NCBI GenBank assembly: GCA_000004985.1
Contig: GG738901.1
Strand: one strand, 5' to 3'
DNA: 64,000 nucleotides
Source: Naegleria gruberi
Lineage: Eukaryota
A model generated the notes under the pieces. That model was not told the DNA's origin, searched no databases, and saw nothing but the letters and a program-made list of their open reading frames with translations. Both the position numbers and the translations under genes were made by a program. This document shows, in pieces, positions 1-9,893 of the stretch (the stretch's first letter is position 1; the number at the start of each line of letters is the position of its first letter).

Positions 1-180
1 AGAAATAGTGGTGCTACTGGAGGAAATGGATCATATTTTGAGAGTTCTTCTAATGACAGAAATTATGGAAATCATTATTCAAATTATGAAAATCAAACCT
101 ATCACTCATACTCTCACCACGATGATGATGATGATACACGAGATCATACAGTTTATGGAATTTCTACAACTTCCAGGTAA
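1..180 (+). CDS. 3' end of a gene entering from upstream; low-complexity Asn/Gly/Tyr/His/Asp-rich C-terminus (...NYENQTYHSYSHHDDDDDTRDHTVYGISTTSR*)
   Basis: Frame 1 is open from the window edge to TAA at 178-180. The call rests on composition and ORF only; no domain was recognised. Confidence 0.35.
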   Translation, partial: RNSGATGGNGSYFESSSNDRNYGNHYSNYENQTYHSYSHHDDDDDTRDHTVYGISTTSR

Positions 181-271
181 AGATTTTCATTTAGCATGAT
201 TATTCTTCTCAATTGTCAATAAATCCACTTTGTAAATTCAAGAAAAAAATTTAAAAGTTTATTAATCGTAT

Positions 272-439
272 GAACCCGACGGGTTCGTCTTGATGATATT
301 ACGAATATTAAATAATAAATTCTTTCTTGTTGGGATTGCTTTGTTCATTTCTTGTAACTCTGTGGACACAAATACTTGGCTTGAACACCCTATGCTGGAA
401 CCCCGGGTAGTATAGGGTACGGTGACCCGACGTAAGTAT
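272..439 (-). ncRNA. Candidate spliceosomal snRNA (U1-like)
   Basis: The minus strand starts 5'-ATACTTACGTCGGG. Its first 8 nt equal the universal U1 5' end AUACUUAC. A 7-bp stem pairs ACCCTAT/ATAGGGT (387-393 with 412-418). An Sm-like AUUUGUG lies at 367-373, with an alternative AAUUUAUU near 314-321. A terminal hairpin GAACCC-GTC-GGGTTC lies at 272-286 and is followed on the minus strand by a T7 run (plus 243-249). The length of ~168 nt is U1-like, and there is no credible ORF. Confidence 0.35.
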
Positions 440-914
440 TGCGGCAACACACTGTGGTCTCAGGGTCAACAGTGTAGTTACTGAGTGGTATGACATTTTT
501 TTTGAGACGAAATTCAAGAAAAAAATGTAATTTAGTGAATTGTATTATTATTGAGCTTTTTCTTAATGACAGAATTTCCAAAATAAAGATCATTGCATTT
601 TCCTACCATTAAGGTTAAGTTTATTTGAATCTCCGGCCACTGGTTATATAGATTTGTGGGTGATGATCTATTCTATTGCGTTGAATAAAGTCAATGACCT
701 AAAAGGCAGCATTTCTGAGCAACATACCTCATCCTTTGGATGAAGAATATGTTGAGTGAGCTTCTACCCATTGGTTTATCAACGATTGTTTTATTGTTTC
801 TTTTGGAGAAATATGCGTTTTGAAATCTCTTTGTCATTTCAATTTTGGATTTGATTTTGCAAATTTTTTGATGATCAGTCTTTCGTAAGAGGTGAACTGA
901 CTGTTCAAGAAAAA

Positions 915-2633
915 ATGTCAGCAACACTAACAAACCTCTCACACGATGATCTGTTTAATATTCTCGATTTTATTTATCCCTTCTTTTCAGAATATGTCAA
1001 GGCAGTAGGAGGAAAACAATTCGAAGCTCAACATAAACGAGAATATTTAGCCAAGATAATTTTCGGAATTATGAAAGGAAATAATGAGAGGAAGGATTGG
1101 ATTTTGGATTTTCGTGGTAAACACTCTAAAATTATGGGAATTAAACTTGTTTCCAATTTGAATTATAATGAATACTTTTACAAATCGCTCGACGATTCGA
1201 ATGTTTATGTTCCTGCTTTATATTTGAGAAAGTTTTATGAGGATTTAGTTAAGGAAGTGAAGAATTGGTTACTCATTGCAAAGAATGGTCTTTTCTATGA
1301 AATTTTAATGCAAAGTCACATTCCAATAGTTCAACTTTTTTGGGAAAGTTTATTTCACATTATTTAGAGATACTCCTATTATTATGGGAAGTATGAAGTT
1401 TAAACAATATTACAATTTGGAATTGCCAATGATTCAGGATTATATTTTGGATAATATTATTGTGCATGTGATGAAGGCAGTGGAGGAACCAGTTTGGTTA
1501 TTCGAAACTTTTGTTTTCAATGAAATTTCATCTAAAGATGCCCATAGTTTGGGATTCAAAAGTTATCTACGACATTACCAGTTAGAAGAAGGTGAAAAAC
1601 ACGAATTGTATCAGGATGTTTTGGTGGAAAAGAAAGATTGGACGAGTTTGGCAACTGACAATCATTGGGAAGGTTTCTTGATGTTTCTTTCGGATTGTTT
1701 TAACAGATATCCAACTATTTTAAGTGATTCCAAATATGTAGACTTTATCAATTCTCAATTTGAAAAAGATCTAGGAAGGATTTCAAAATTTACTACTGAG
1801 CTTGCCAAATTCCTTTACCTTGACAGAAATATTCCGATTAATCCTATAATTTCAAACAAGTTGTTTACTCTGTTATCATTCACACCAGTTTTTAAACAAA
1901 TTCTAGAAAAGAAACTGAATGAATTAAGGATAACGACAAGGAAAGAAACTCGTTTCTTGCAAATCTCTTTTTAAGAGATTCACTACTTTCTTCCTCTATT
2001 TTAAATTTACAATTCGAAATAATTGACATGCATTTAGATTATATGGACGAATGTTTGGATAGTAAGGTGATTGATTCACACTTCTCAAAGTGCCCTGTAG
2101 TGACTTATTTCATAGAGGGTGCCCTAATGATGGAAGATTTAAGCGATCCATTGAAAAGTTCCATGATTGTTATTGAGTACATTGAGAAATTTAGGAAATT
2201 ATTCGAAAGGTTCAATAGAAAAAATTTTGGTTATTCAATTTATAGAAATATCATAACATTGTTTTCAAATTTCACCCGCAGTGGTCTTACAGAAGATTCA
2301 TATGAATGGCAGTAACGTTTTATAATCTTTACTGAACTATTCCAAAACCTGGTTTCAAATAAGATTGACGATTTACCCGAAACTGACCTATCTTTTATTT
2401 TCAGATATACCTCCAATGAAAAGATTATCACCTTCCTATTCGAACAACCACCACTATTCCATCAAATGTTAGCAAGATACATTCCAGATAGAATTAATGA
2501 AAATCTTTTGAAAATTATCGAGAAATATGTTGGCAATAACAATTCATATTATCAGAGGAATCAAATTGCAATATCCAATGATGAGAAAAATCTCAATGCT
2601 AAATCTACTACCACTTCTACTTTAAGATTATAA
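915..2633 (+). CDS. Hypothetical protein locus read as four ORF blocks; two phase-consistent introns plus one unresolved frame break
   Basis: ATG at 915 follows an A-run. ORF 915-1367 and ORF 1384-1974 overlap in open frames around a T6 run (1336-1341), which suggests a 1-nt indel. Proposed introns are 1952-2037 (GTTTCT...TTTAG, phase 1) and 2312-2404 (GTAACG...TTTTCAG, phase 2). The last exon, 2405-2633, ends ...STTTSTLRL*. No domain was recognised. Confidence 0.5.
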
Positions 2634-3449
2634 GAAACACATTCTCTTCTTAAGAATGTTGTTATAGGGTTGACTGATTAATGTTGTAATTTATACATAA
2701 GTTTGTTGACCATTTCCATTAGTAGGAGGAGTATAATAAGAAGGTTGTGGAGTAACATAGGTTGGTGGTGGTTGATTGACCATCATTGGTTGACCGTATT
2801 GTGGTTGATAAGGTTGTTGAGTCATCATTGGTTGACCATATGGTTGTTGTGGTGGATATGGTTGACCATAAGGTTGTTGTTGAGGTGGATAATAAACACC
2901 AGGTCCTGGATTTTGAATAACAACTGTAGTGACAGGTGGCATTGTTGGTTGAGCAGTGACAAGAGTAGAAGGCATTGTTGCTACTCCAATGGCAGCTGCT
3001 GCTTGTTGTTCTTGAGCTCTTCTCATCATCATAAGTCTTCTCTTTCTGGAAGCAGCACTAACAATAATGATAATTGCAATAAATATTATGAAACCTGGAA
3101 TTCCAAATCCTAAACCATATCCTAAAGCATCATAATCTCCATAACTATTCGAAACACAAACATTGGAAGAACAAGTTTGGGAAGAAGAACAACATGCATA
3201 ACTAGAAGCAATACATGTTGAATAACCAGATTTTCTACAACAAGTTTGTCCAGATAAGCAATAAACATAATTAGTGGAACCTGTTACTGAGCAACAAATA
3301 CTATCTTGAACAGCTGACACTTGGCTTTCATTGAGAGATGAGAAAGAAAGTTCCCCCTTTAATGAATTATCACCATAAGTTGTCAAACGGGCAGAGATTT
3401 TGGCACCTGACACGAGGAGTAATAACACAACTAGTGAGCTGGCAATTTG
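2583..3449. repeat. Segmental duplication, copy A (paired with 6602-7469)
   Basis: Aligned by eye to 6602-7469. The core is near-identical, with a few substitutions and one 9-bp indel (accaccact, present only in copy B at ~6941-6949). The left ~60 bp are more diverged. Similarity stops right after ...agtgagctgg(c/t)aatt(t/a)ggac. Confidence 0.9.
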
Positions 3450-3899
3450 GACCCATATTCTAATTTGCTCTTTGATTTGAGTTCTTTTCAAAGTTGGAGC
3501 ACTCTTTTTGATGAAACTAATTACTTTTGGAAGAAGGTTGTTGTTGGTTGGATCTGGCTTTGAAGATGAAGGATGAAGTGCTTCGTTTTGATGAATATCG
3601 CACCTTGCTTGGTGGTGATGAATTACCTTCAACTTTACATTACAAAATTCATTGCATTGACATGAAATATAGTAGTAAAGTTGAGGAGTTCCTACTTCAC
3701 ACTTATTGAATTCCTTTCTTTCTGAGTAAATGTCTTTCAATTCATAAATCATATTGTCCTTCATAACTGCTCGGCATAAAGAAGCTTGCTCAGTCACTTC
3801 ATGAACAGAGTGCACCTTCCATGGACGTTGTAAGTGGTTACAAATTCTATCGAACACATCTTGGTGCTCAATATTTGAGAGTAGTGGAGTATAACTCAT
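2691..3899 (-). CDS. Chimeric ORF: N-terminal Cys/His zinc-finger-like region (WRKY/FAR1/FLYWCH-like pattern, weak) fused to a paralog of the Cys-rich single-pass membrane protein with a Pro/Gln/Tyr tail
   Basis: A 402-aa ORF starts at ATG 3899 after an A-run. Residues ~150-402 are near-identical to the 261-aa protein at 6702-7487. However, its signal-peptide Met and 5' flank are replaced by ...YYYISCQCNEFCNVKLKVIHHHQARCDIHQNEALH... The ORF crosses the duplication breakpoint at ~3449. Confidence 0.6.
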   Translation of the reverse strand: MSYTPLLSNIEHQDVFDRICNHLQRPWKVHSVHEVTEQASLCRAVMKDNMIYELKDIYSERKEFNKCEVGTPQLYYYISCQCNEFCNVKLKVIHHHQARCDIHQNEALHPSSSKPDPTNNNLLPKVISFIKKSAPTLKRTQIKEQIRIWVQIASSLVVLLLLVSGAKISARLTTYGDNSLKGELSFSSLNESQVSAVQDSICCSVTGSTNYVYCLSGQTCCRKSGYSTCIASSYACCSSSQTCSSNVCVSNSYGDYDALGYGLGFGIPGFIIFIAIIIIVSAASRKRRLMMMRRAQEQQAAAAIGVATMPSTLVTAQPTMPPVTTVVIQNPGPGVYYPPQQQPYGQPYPPQQPYGQPMMTQQPYQPQYGQPMMVNQPPPTYVTPQPSYYTPPTNGNGQQTYV

Positions 3900-4779
3900 T
3901 CTATTTTTTTTGCTTGTTGTTGATGAATTGTTCCTTATTGTTGTTTTGTGGTTCTATTGCAAGATATATGTGTTGGTGTGTTGTGTGGTGTTTGTTGTAT
4001 CGTTAAGAATTTTTTTGATTGGTTGAACAATTGGCGCCATGTTTAATTTCCGTGTTTTGCCTTTTAGGAACAATAAAATTTGCTGTTTAAGAACAAAAAA
4101 TTGCAAATTAAGATGGATTTCTAAATTGTTCACAAATATGTACTTTACTGTGCTGGATGTAATGGAAAATAATGCTACTCAAATTAAGATATTAGACTTC
4201 CTTAAAAGTCAAAAAGACTAAGACACAAATTACAGTTTCAAGCGAGGAGCAGGGGTAGAAATCTTACTTTTAATTTAGGGTTCATCAAAAAATTGCGAAA
4301 TAATTGGGGTAAACAACATTATTTATTTATTTATTTCTTCTTTCGTGCTCTACTAGAGTTTCTCTTTACTGCTTCTTCAAATTGTGAATTCTTTGGTCCA
4401 CGTTTTTGTTTCTATAGCGGTTCTTCTTGTTCCAATTCCTTCTCTTGTTAAGGCTATGGAATTATCGTTGCTGAGAAAGTCTTCTTCACTTTTTCTTTGT
4501 TATGATGGGGTGAAGTACAAAATAATTGTATCGTGCTGGTTGTTGTGGATTAATCTTCCTTTCTATTTACAAAAGTGTATAACCAATTACCATCTCTACT
4601 AAGGTAATATATCCTTTAGTAATTTCTTGATGGAAATAGCTCTTGGCATTCATGAAGCGAAGGTAAGGTGTTTTATTGTAGGTGCAGTGGAAACATTTGG
4701 GAGTGCCTGCTTTTGTTTTGGTAGAGGATTTGGTTCCTTGAGGTTTTTTTAAATATTTACAACAAAGAACACAGCAGAA

Positions 4780-6600
4780 GAGGTTTTCGAAAAGATAAGA
4801 ACAGATTCGTGACAACAACTTACAACAGTTGGATGGAAAACGATGCATTCGGTCAACTCTGGGAGAAAGACTCACTGAATTATCTGAGATTATTGTGTGC
4901 CTCCTTTAGGTCTGATCCCCCAAGCTCTTTTCCATCTAATCGAGAGCGAACGGAACTTTTGAAGTGCTGTAGTGGCCAACTTCTCATTGGTTCTCAATAC
5001 TATTAAGGATTTCCTTAAAAGTGAGAAAGGTTCCAAGAATGCTTAGTGTGGATCCATACACCGAATTGTTCAACAAATTCGAAGTTTATGGAGCTTTCCA
5101 ATGGTTCGTAGTGATTCACAATATTCCAAGATCCAATCCTCATACAATAGAATACTTTGCAACTTACCTTTCAGAAAGGGTATGTTTTAAACAATTTGAA
5201 GCCAGCTCTTCAATCTTTTGTAGACGTTGAAGGTTGGAAACTTAATGTTCCCAATGGTTTTGCTAGACTAAAGAAAGGACTTTCATAAGGGTTACTACAT
5301 TGTTGATAGAAAGAAACTAAAAAATAAATGGAGTTTCAGCTTATGATATTAAGAATTATATTGATTCCGTGGCTTCCCATAATGAATTCACAGAATGTGG
5401 CAGGAGAATTGCAAAAGTATTTTTCATTCCATCAGAGAAAAATTCAATTGCATACAAACTTTGCTAAGCCTTTTAAGCGATTGGAAATCATCACCAGAAT
5501 TGATAAGTATGGTAGAAAAAGAATGCGGAAACCACACCATCGACAGATTTGCAACATCAGAGTAGGCAACGACAATCCAATTCAACTCTTGGTTAGAAAA
5601 CGATGCGGTTCAAGAACTTTGGGAACAAAACTCAATCAATTATTGTGTTCCTCCAATAGGTCTGATACCACAAGCTCTATTTCACTTGATCCCATCAAAG
5701 GATATAGCAACATTCGTAGTTCCTTTTTGGCTAACAGCTTACTGATCTTGCTAAAGATATCTTTTGAACAGAGAAGTGTTCCGCTCCAATGGCTTATAAC
5801 AGAGCATTACAACGAACTGCACAAACTATCAGGCAATCTTTAGTTCATGGCAGTCAAAGTGAATGGAATGCTCTCCTTTCAATGAGATTTCAGGCTTTAT
5901 CTACTGCTCTTGCAGAATCCACAGTCAAAAAGTATTCTTTAACTTATTCAGAATTTTCTTATTTCTGTCTACTCCATTATTTTAAAACATTCAGAAATTA
6001 GAGCCCCACCCTCTTGCAGTTCACAAAAAGCTCTACAGGTTGAATAATTTGAAACCTACGTTAGATTTCTATTCAAATTTGGAAGGATGGATCCGTAAAT
6101 TATTCCAATCAATTCTAGAATTCAAACAAGGTTTGAATAAGTTTTATTCACGAGCTGATATTGACACTTGATACTCCTTTTATCAGTTGGGTTTCTTTTG
6201 ATCTTTCTGGTCACAAAACAGACCAAAATTTGACAGATGAAGAAACTCCTATTGAGGAAATAAGAAATACTGTCCAGTTTATAACCTTAGAAGATACATG
6301 GATTATGCCAGATCGTGAGATGAAAATTTTAAGGATTTGGCAATTATTGAATAAAGACTTGATGTTATTTGAAAAGATTTCAAAGTTGGCTCAATCTTCA
6401 GCTAATTATCAAAAGATTGATGTTTGATTTCTTGTGTTGTTTCAAAATAAAGAACTTTAAAACACAAAAAAGTTGTTTTGAGACAGCTGGTAATTGGGTG
6501 CCTAATTCAAAAGTGAGATTGAGATATCAACGTAGAATTGGCCTTGCTACTCATGGTTTAACTACTTCTATTATGAGAACTGATTAATTGTATATATAAA
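4780..6600 (+). mobile_element. Decayed tyrosine-recombinase retroelement/Crypton-like fragments (DIRS/Ngaro-like), two tandem partial copies
   Basis: Copy 2, frame of 5539-5745, reads IDRFATSE*ATTIQFNSWLENDAVQELWEQNSINYCVPPIGLIPQALFHLIPSKDIATFVVPFWLTAY*. This is the (D/I)xFA(S/T)...N...W...DA...W...NY.PP..LI...ATxVVPxW block typical of YR-element polyproteins, here with an in-frame TAG at 5563-5565. Copy 1 at ~4790-4990 reads DKNRFVTTTYNSWMENDAFGQLWEKDSLNY... SAM-like integrase N-terminal strings follow each copy (IEYFATYLSE..., STVKKYSLTYSEFSYFC), as does NNLKP(A/T)L...EGW. A KYCPVYNLRRYM motif lies at ~6265-6300. There are multiple frameshifts and stops, and the boundaries are uncertain. 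Confidence 0.55.
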
Positions 6601-6601
6601 T

Positions 6602-7469
6602 AGAAAAATGTCAATGCTGCTACTAGTTCAACTTTAAGATTATAAGAAACCGTTTCTCTTCTTAAGAATGTTGTTATCGGGTTGACTGATTAATGTTTAA
6701 TTTATACATAAGTTTGTTGACCATTTCCATTGGTAGGAGGAGTATAATAAGAAGGTTGTGGAGTAACATAGGTTGGTGGTGGTTGATTGGCCATCATTGG
6801 TTGACCGTATTGTGGTTGATAAGGTTGTTGAGTCATCATTGGTTGACCATATGGTTGTTGTGGTGGATATTGTTGACCATAAGGTTGTTGTTGAGGTGGA
6901 TAATAAACACCAGGTCCAGGATTTTGAATAACAACTGTAGTACCACCACTGACAGGTGGCATTGTTGGTTGAGCAGTGACAAGAGTAGAAGGCATTGTTG
7001 CTACTCCAACGGCAGCTGCTGCTTGTTGTTCTTGAGCTCTTCTCATCATCATAAGTCTTCTCTTTCTAGAAGCAGCACTAACAATAATGATAATTGCAAT
7101 AAATATTATGAAACCTGGAATTCCAAATCCTAAACCATATCCTAAAGCATCATAATCTCCATAACTATTCGAAACGCAAACATTGGAAGAACAAGTTTGT
7201 GAAGAGGAACAACATGCATAACTAGAAGCAATACATGTTGAATAACCAGATTTTCTACAACAAGTTTGTCCAGATAAGCAATAAACATAATTAGTGGAAC
7301 CTGTCACTGAGCAACAAATACTATCTTGAACAGCTGACACTTGGCTTTCATTGAGAGATGAGAAAGAAAGTTCCCCCTTTAATGAATTATCATCATAAGT
7401 TGTCAAACGGGCAGAGATTTTGGCACCTGACACGAGGAGTAATAACACAACTAGTGAGCTGGTAATTAG
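6602..7469. repeat. Segmental duplication, copy B (paired with 2583-3449)
   Basis: See copy A. The offset between copies is ~4.02 kb. Copy B carries the intact gene 6702-7487 and a ~45-nt relic of the 3' end of the 915-2633 CDS. Confidence 0.9.
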
Positions 7470-7487
7470 GACGAGAATTGATTTCAT
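6702..7487 (-). CDS. Secreted/type I membrane protein: signal peptide, Cys-rich ectodomain, one TM helix, basic stop-transfer, Pro/Gln/Tyr-rich cytoplasmic tail with a PPxY-like motif
   Basis: A 261-aa ORF starts at ATG 7487 after an A-run. It reads MKSILVLITSSLVVLLLLVSG (signal), CCSVTGSTNYVYCLSGQTCCRKSGYSTCIASSYACCSSSQTCSSNVC, then TM GIPGFIIFIAIIIIVSAA followed by SRKRRLMMMRR. The tail has PQQPYGQ repeats and PPPTY. Confidence 0.8.
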   Translation of the reverse strand: MKSILVLITSSLVVLLLLVSGAKISARLTTYDDNSLKGELSFSSLNESQVSAVQDSICCSVTGSTNYVYCLSGQTCCRKSGYSTCIASSYACCSSSQTCSSNVCVSNSYGDYDALGYGLGFGIPGFIIFIAIIIIVSAASRKRRLMMMRRAQEQQAAAAVGVATMPSTLVTAQPTMPPVSGGTTVVIQNPGPGVYYPPQQQPYGQQYPPQQPYGQPMMTQQPYQPQYGQPMMANQPPPTYVTPQPSYYTPPTNGNGQQTYV

Positions 7488-8323
7488 TTTTTTTAATGGG
7501 GAAAAGTAAGAAGGAATTTATTTTGTTGATATTTACAACATAATGTTGATGAACCTGAGAGCTGCCTTTCAACAACATTCGAATAGCACTATGGTGGAAT
7601 AGAGATAGGAAGGTGAGGTGTCAATGTCAGCAGTATCTTTTGTTTGGTACTTTTTTAGACCCCAAGATTCGTTTAGGCTACGATACTTGCCAAAAATTAT
7701 GTTGTATTACGTTTTCTCAAGCCTGTTTGTGTTTCACAAAAAATAATTAGCGATTAATTTGAAAACTATATTTGTATTGATGTGTTTTGAATTCGTCCAA
7801 AAAGTAGTGAGGTGTTGTGACATTAATTTCTACTTGTTGTTGCATAGAATTGTTTTTCAGTGTAGTTTTACACTCTAACTCTATCGATTCAATCAATTGA
7901 TTGATCTACATACAACAGTGAAAGATTTTGACAATTCCTTACGATTATCTCTAAAATAATTATTGAACCAAAAACTTGTTTTATTGTTCTGGTATTAAAA
8001 ATTGAACAAATGCTCAATACTATTGCTCAATTTCTTAGTCTTTTTTTGAATGTCTTGTGATATTCAGGGTGAGAGGATCTGTGACAGGGCTTTTTTATGA
8101 TGACCAAACACTGTTAAGTTGACAAGCAAACATCTTTAGTAAACTATTTTTAACAGATATTCAGTTCTCAAAACCATAACATTTAAACTTTTTCAATTTT
8201 TACGAATTCAATAAGGAAAACAAATTCGAATAGAATTTCAATTCGTTCTAAAAATCTTTGTCATTAAGTTCACTATTCACATGTCCAGCACCATGAACTT
8301 GATTCCAAAAATCATTAAAAAAA

Positions 8324-9808
8324 ATGCTTAAAATCAGTTCTACTACTGCCTTCACGACTCGCTCACCAACAATCAAACAACAATTGCAAAAACAAATCTT
8401 TTCCGATGATATTTGCTTTGAAATTTTATCATTTCTTGATTTTAAATTTATTCTAACGAATTGTTGTTTAATTTCTCATCAGTGGGAGAATGTCATCAAT
8501 GTACAATCTAATTTATCAGTCATTTTCAATAATCAAAAAGTGACGAATGAATTTATTGATAAATTAATGAAAAATAGTTATTTGAAACGTTTCGTTTCGT
8601 TGAAAACTAGAGAAAGAAGCTTTTTGCATGATCGAGAAAAAGTTTTGAAACTTGTTGGAATGATGCAGAATTTGAAATCACTCTCCATTGTTGGTAATGG
8701 ATTAGTGGATGAACATTTGAAAGAAATTAGTGAAATGAAAGGTTTAACTTTACTCGATGTGAGTGAGAATAAGTTTGGAAAGGAAGGTGCGGAAAAAATT
8801 AGTGGAATGGTTGGATTGACCACATTGAATATTAATGATAATTATATACTTGATGAAGGGGCTAAATTCATTGGAACGATGAAACAATTGACCTTGTTGA
8901 AAATGAAATATTGTGAAATTAGAGAAGAAGGTGCGAGAGCAATAAGTGAATTGAAAAATTTAACATTTCTCAATCTGCATGGTAATTTTATAGGTGATAA
9001 AGGAGCCAGCTATATAAGTGAAATGGTCAATCTGACACATCTCAATGTTGGTAGCACCCAATTGACAGCTGAAGGGGCAAGACATGTTAGTGGACTCAAA
9101 AATCTGAAATCTCTATTGATTCATACCAATCAAATTGGACATCAAGGAGCAAAGTGGATTAGTACAATGAAAGATCTGGAAGGGTTGACTTCACTTGATG
9201 TTAGTGGAAACTCCATTCTTGATCAAGGAGTACAATATTTGAGTGAAATGTCAAATCTGACACATTTAGATATTGGAAGTAATCATGTTGGAGTTAAAGG
9301 AATTGAATCAATTATTGGAATGAAAGGATTAATCTCGCTAAATGTCAGTAGTAATGATTTGGGATCATCAGGAGCAAAGTTAATCAGTGGAATGTCAAAT
9401 TTAACCTCACTAAACATTTCAGCCAATCGACTATTAGGTGAAGGAGCTAAATTTATTGGAGAAATGCATAACGTAACAATATTAGTTATCAGAAACAATG
9501 ATATTGGTGATGAAGGAGCCAAATTCATTTGTAAAATGAAACAATTGAAATCTCTCAATGCTGTGTATAATAGAATATCTTCGAAAGGATTTGAATCAAT
9601 AAGTGAAATGAAACAATTAACATCACTTGATATTGGTTACAACAGTATTGACTCAAAAGGAGCTAAATCTGTTCGCAAATTGAAAAATTTGACTTCTCTC
9701 AATGTCAGAAGTAATATGATAGATGATGAAGGATTGAAAGCTATTGGTCAACTCAAAATTCCTTATCTAACCACTGGATATCAACAAGCAAAACAATCCA
9801 ATAATTAA
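8324..9808 (+). CDS. F-box-like + RNI-type leucine-rich repeat protein
   Basis: A 494-aa ORF starts at ATG after an A-run. The N-terminal F-box-like string is ICFEILSFLDFKFILTNCCLISHQWENVI. About 16 tandem 24-residue repeats follow, of the form LTxLxxxxNxIGxEGAKxISxMKx. Confidence 0.85.
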   Translation: MLKISSTTAFTTRSPTIKQQLQKQIFSDDICFEILSFLDFKFILTNCCLISHQWENVINVQSNLSVIFNNQKVTNEFIDKLMKNSYLKRFVSLKTRERSFLHDREKVLKLVGMMQNLKSLSIVGNGLVDEHLKEISEMKGLTLLDVSENKFGKEGAEKISGMVGLTTLNINDNYILDEGAKFIGTMKQLTLLKMKYCEIREEGARAISELKNLTFLNLHGNFIGDKGASYISEMVNLTHLNVGSTQLTAEGARHVSGLKNLKSLLIHTNQIGHQGAKWISTMKDLEGLTSLDVSGNSILDQGVQYLSEMSNLTHLDIGSNHVGVKGIESIIGMKGLISLNVSSNDLGSSGAKLISGMSNLTSLNISANRLLGEGAKFIGEMHNVTILVIRNNDIGDEGAKFICKMKQLKSLNAVYNRISSKGFESISEMKQLTSLDIGYNSIDSKGAKSVRKLKNLTSLNVRSNMIDDEGLKAIGQLKIPYLTTGYQQAKQSNN

Positions 9809-9893
9809 CTAAAATGTATGAATGCGAATAAACTTGGGCTTTCACATGTTGTTGTTATCAATTAGAAACCAAGAAAAATGTTTAAAAATATTT

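Noticed and set aside
262-503. Box C/D snoRNA reading of the plus strand (TGATGA at ~291-296, CTGA at 481-484, T8 terminator)
   Set aside because: The sequences flanking the putative C and D boxes do not form a terminal stem, and the ~190-nt spacing would require a U3-like RNA. I could not find U3 A/A' boxes. The locus is kept only as an alternative to the U1-like call.
2703-3113. 136-aa plus-strand ORF (and its twin at 6693-7133) rich in W/L/R
   Set aside because: It is an antisense shadow of the Pro/Gln/Tyr-repeat tail coding region. The CAA/CCA/TAT-rich codons leave the opposite strand stop-free. It has no start context and no domain.
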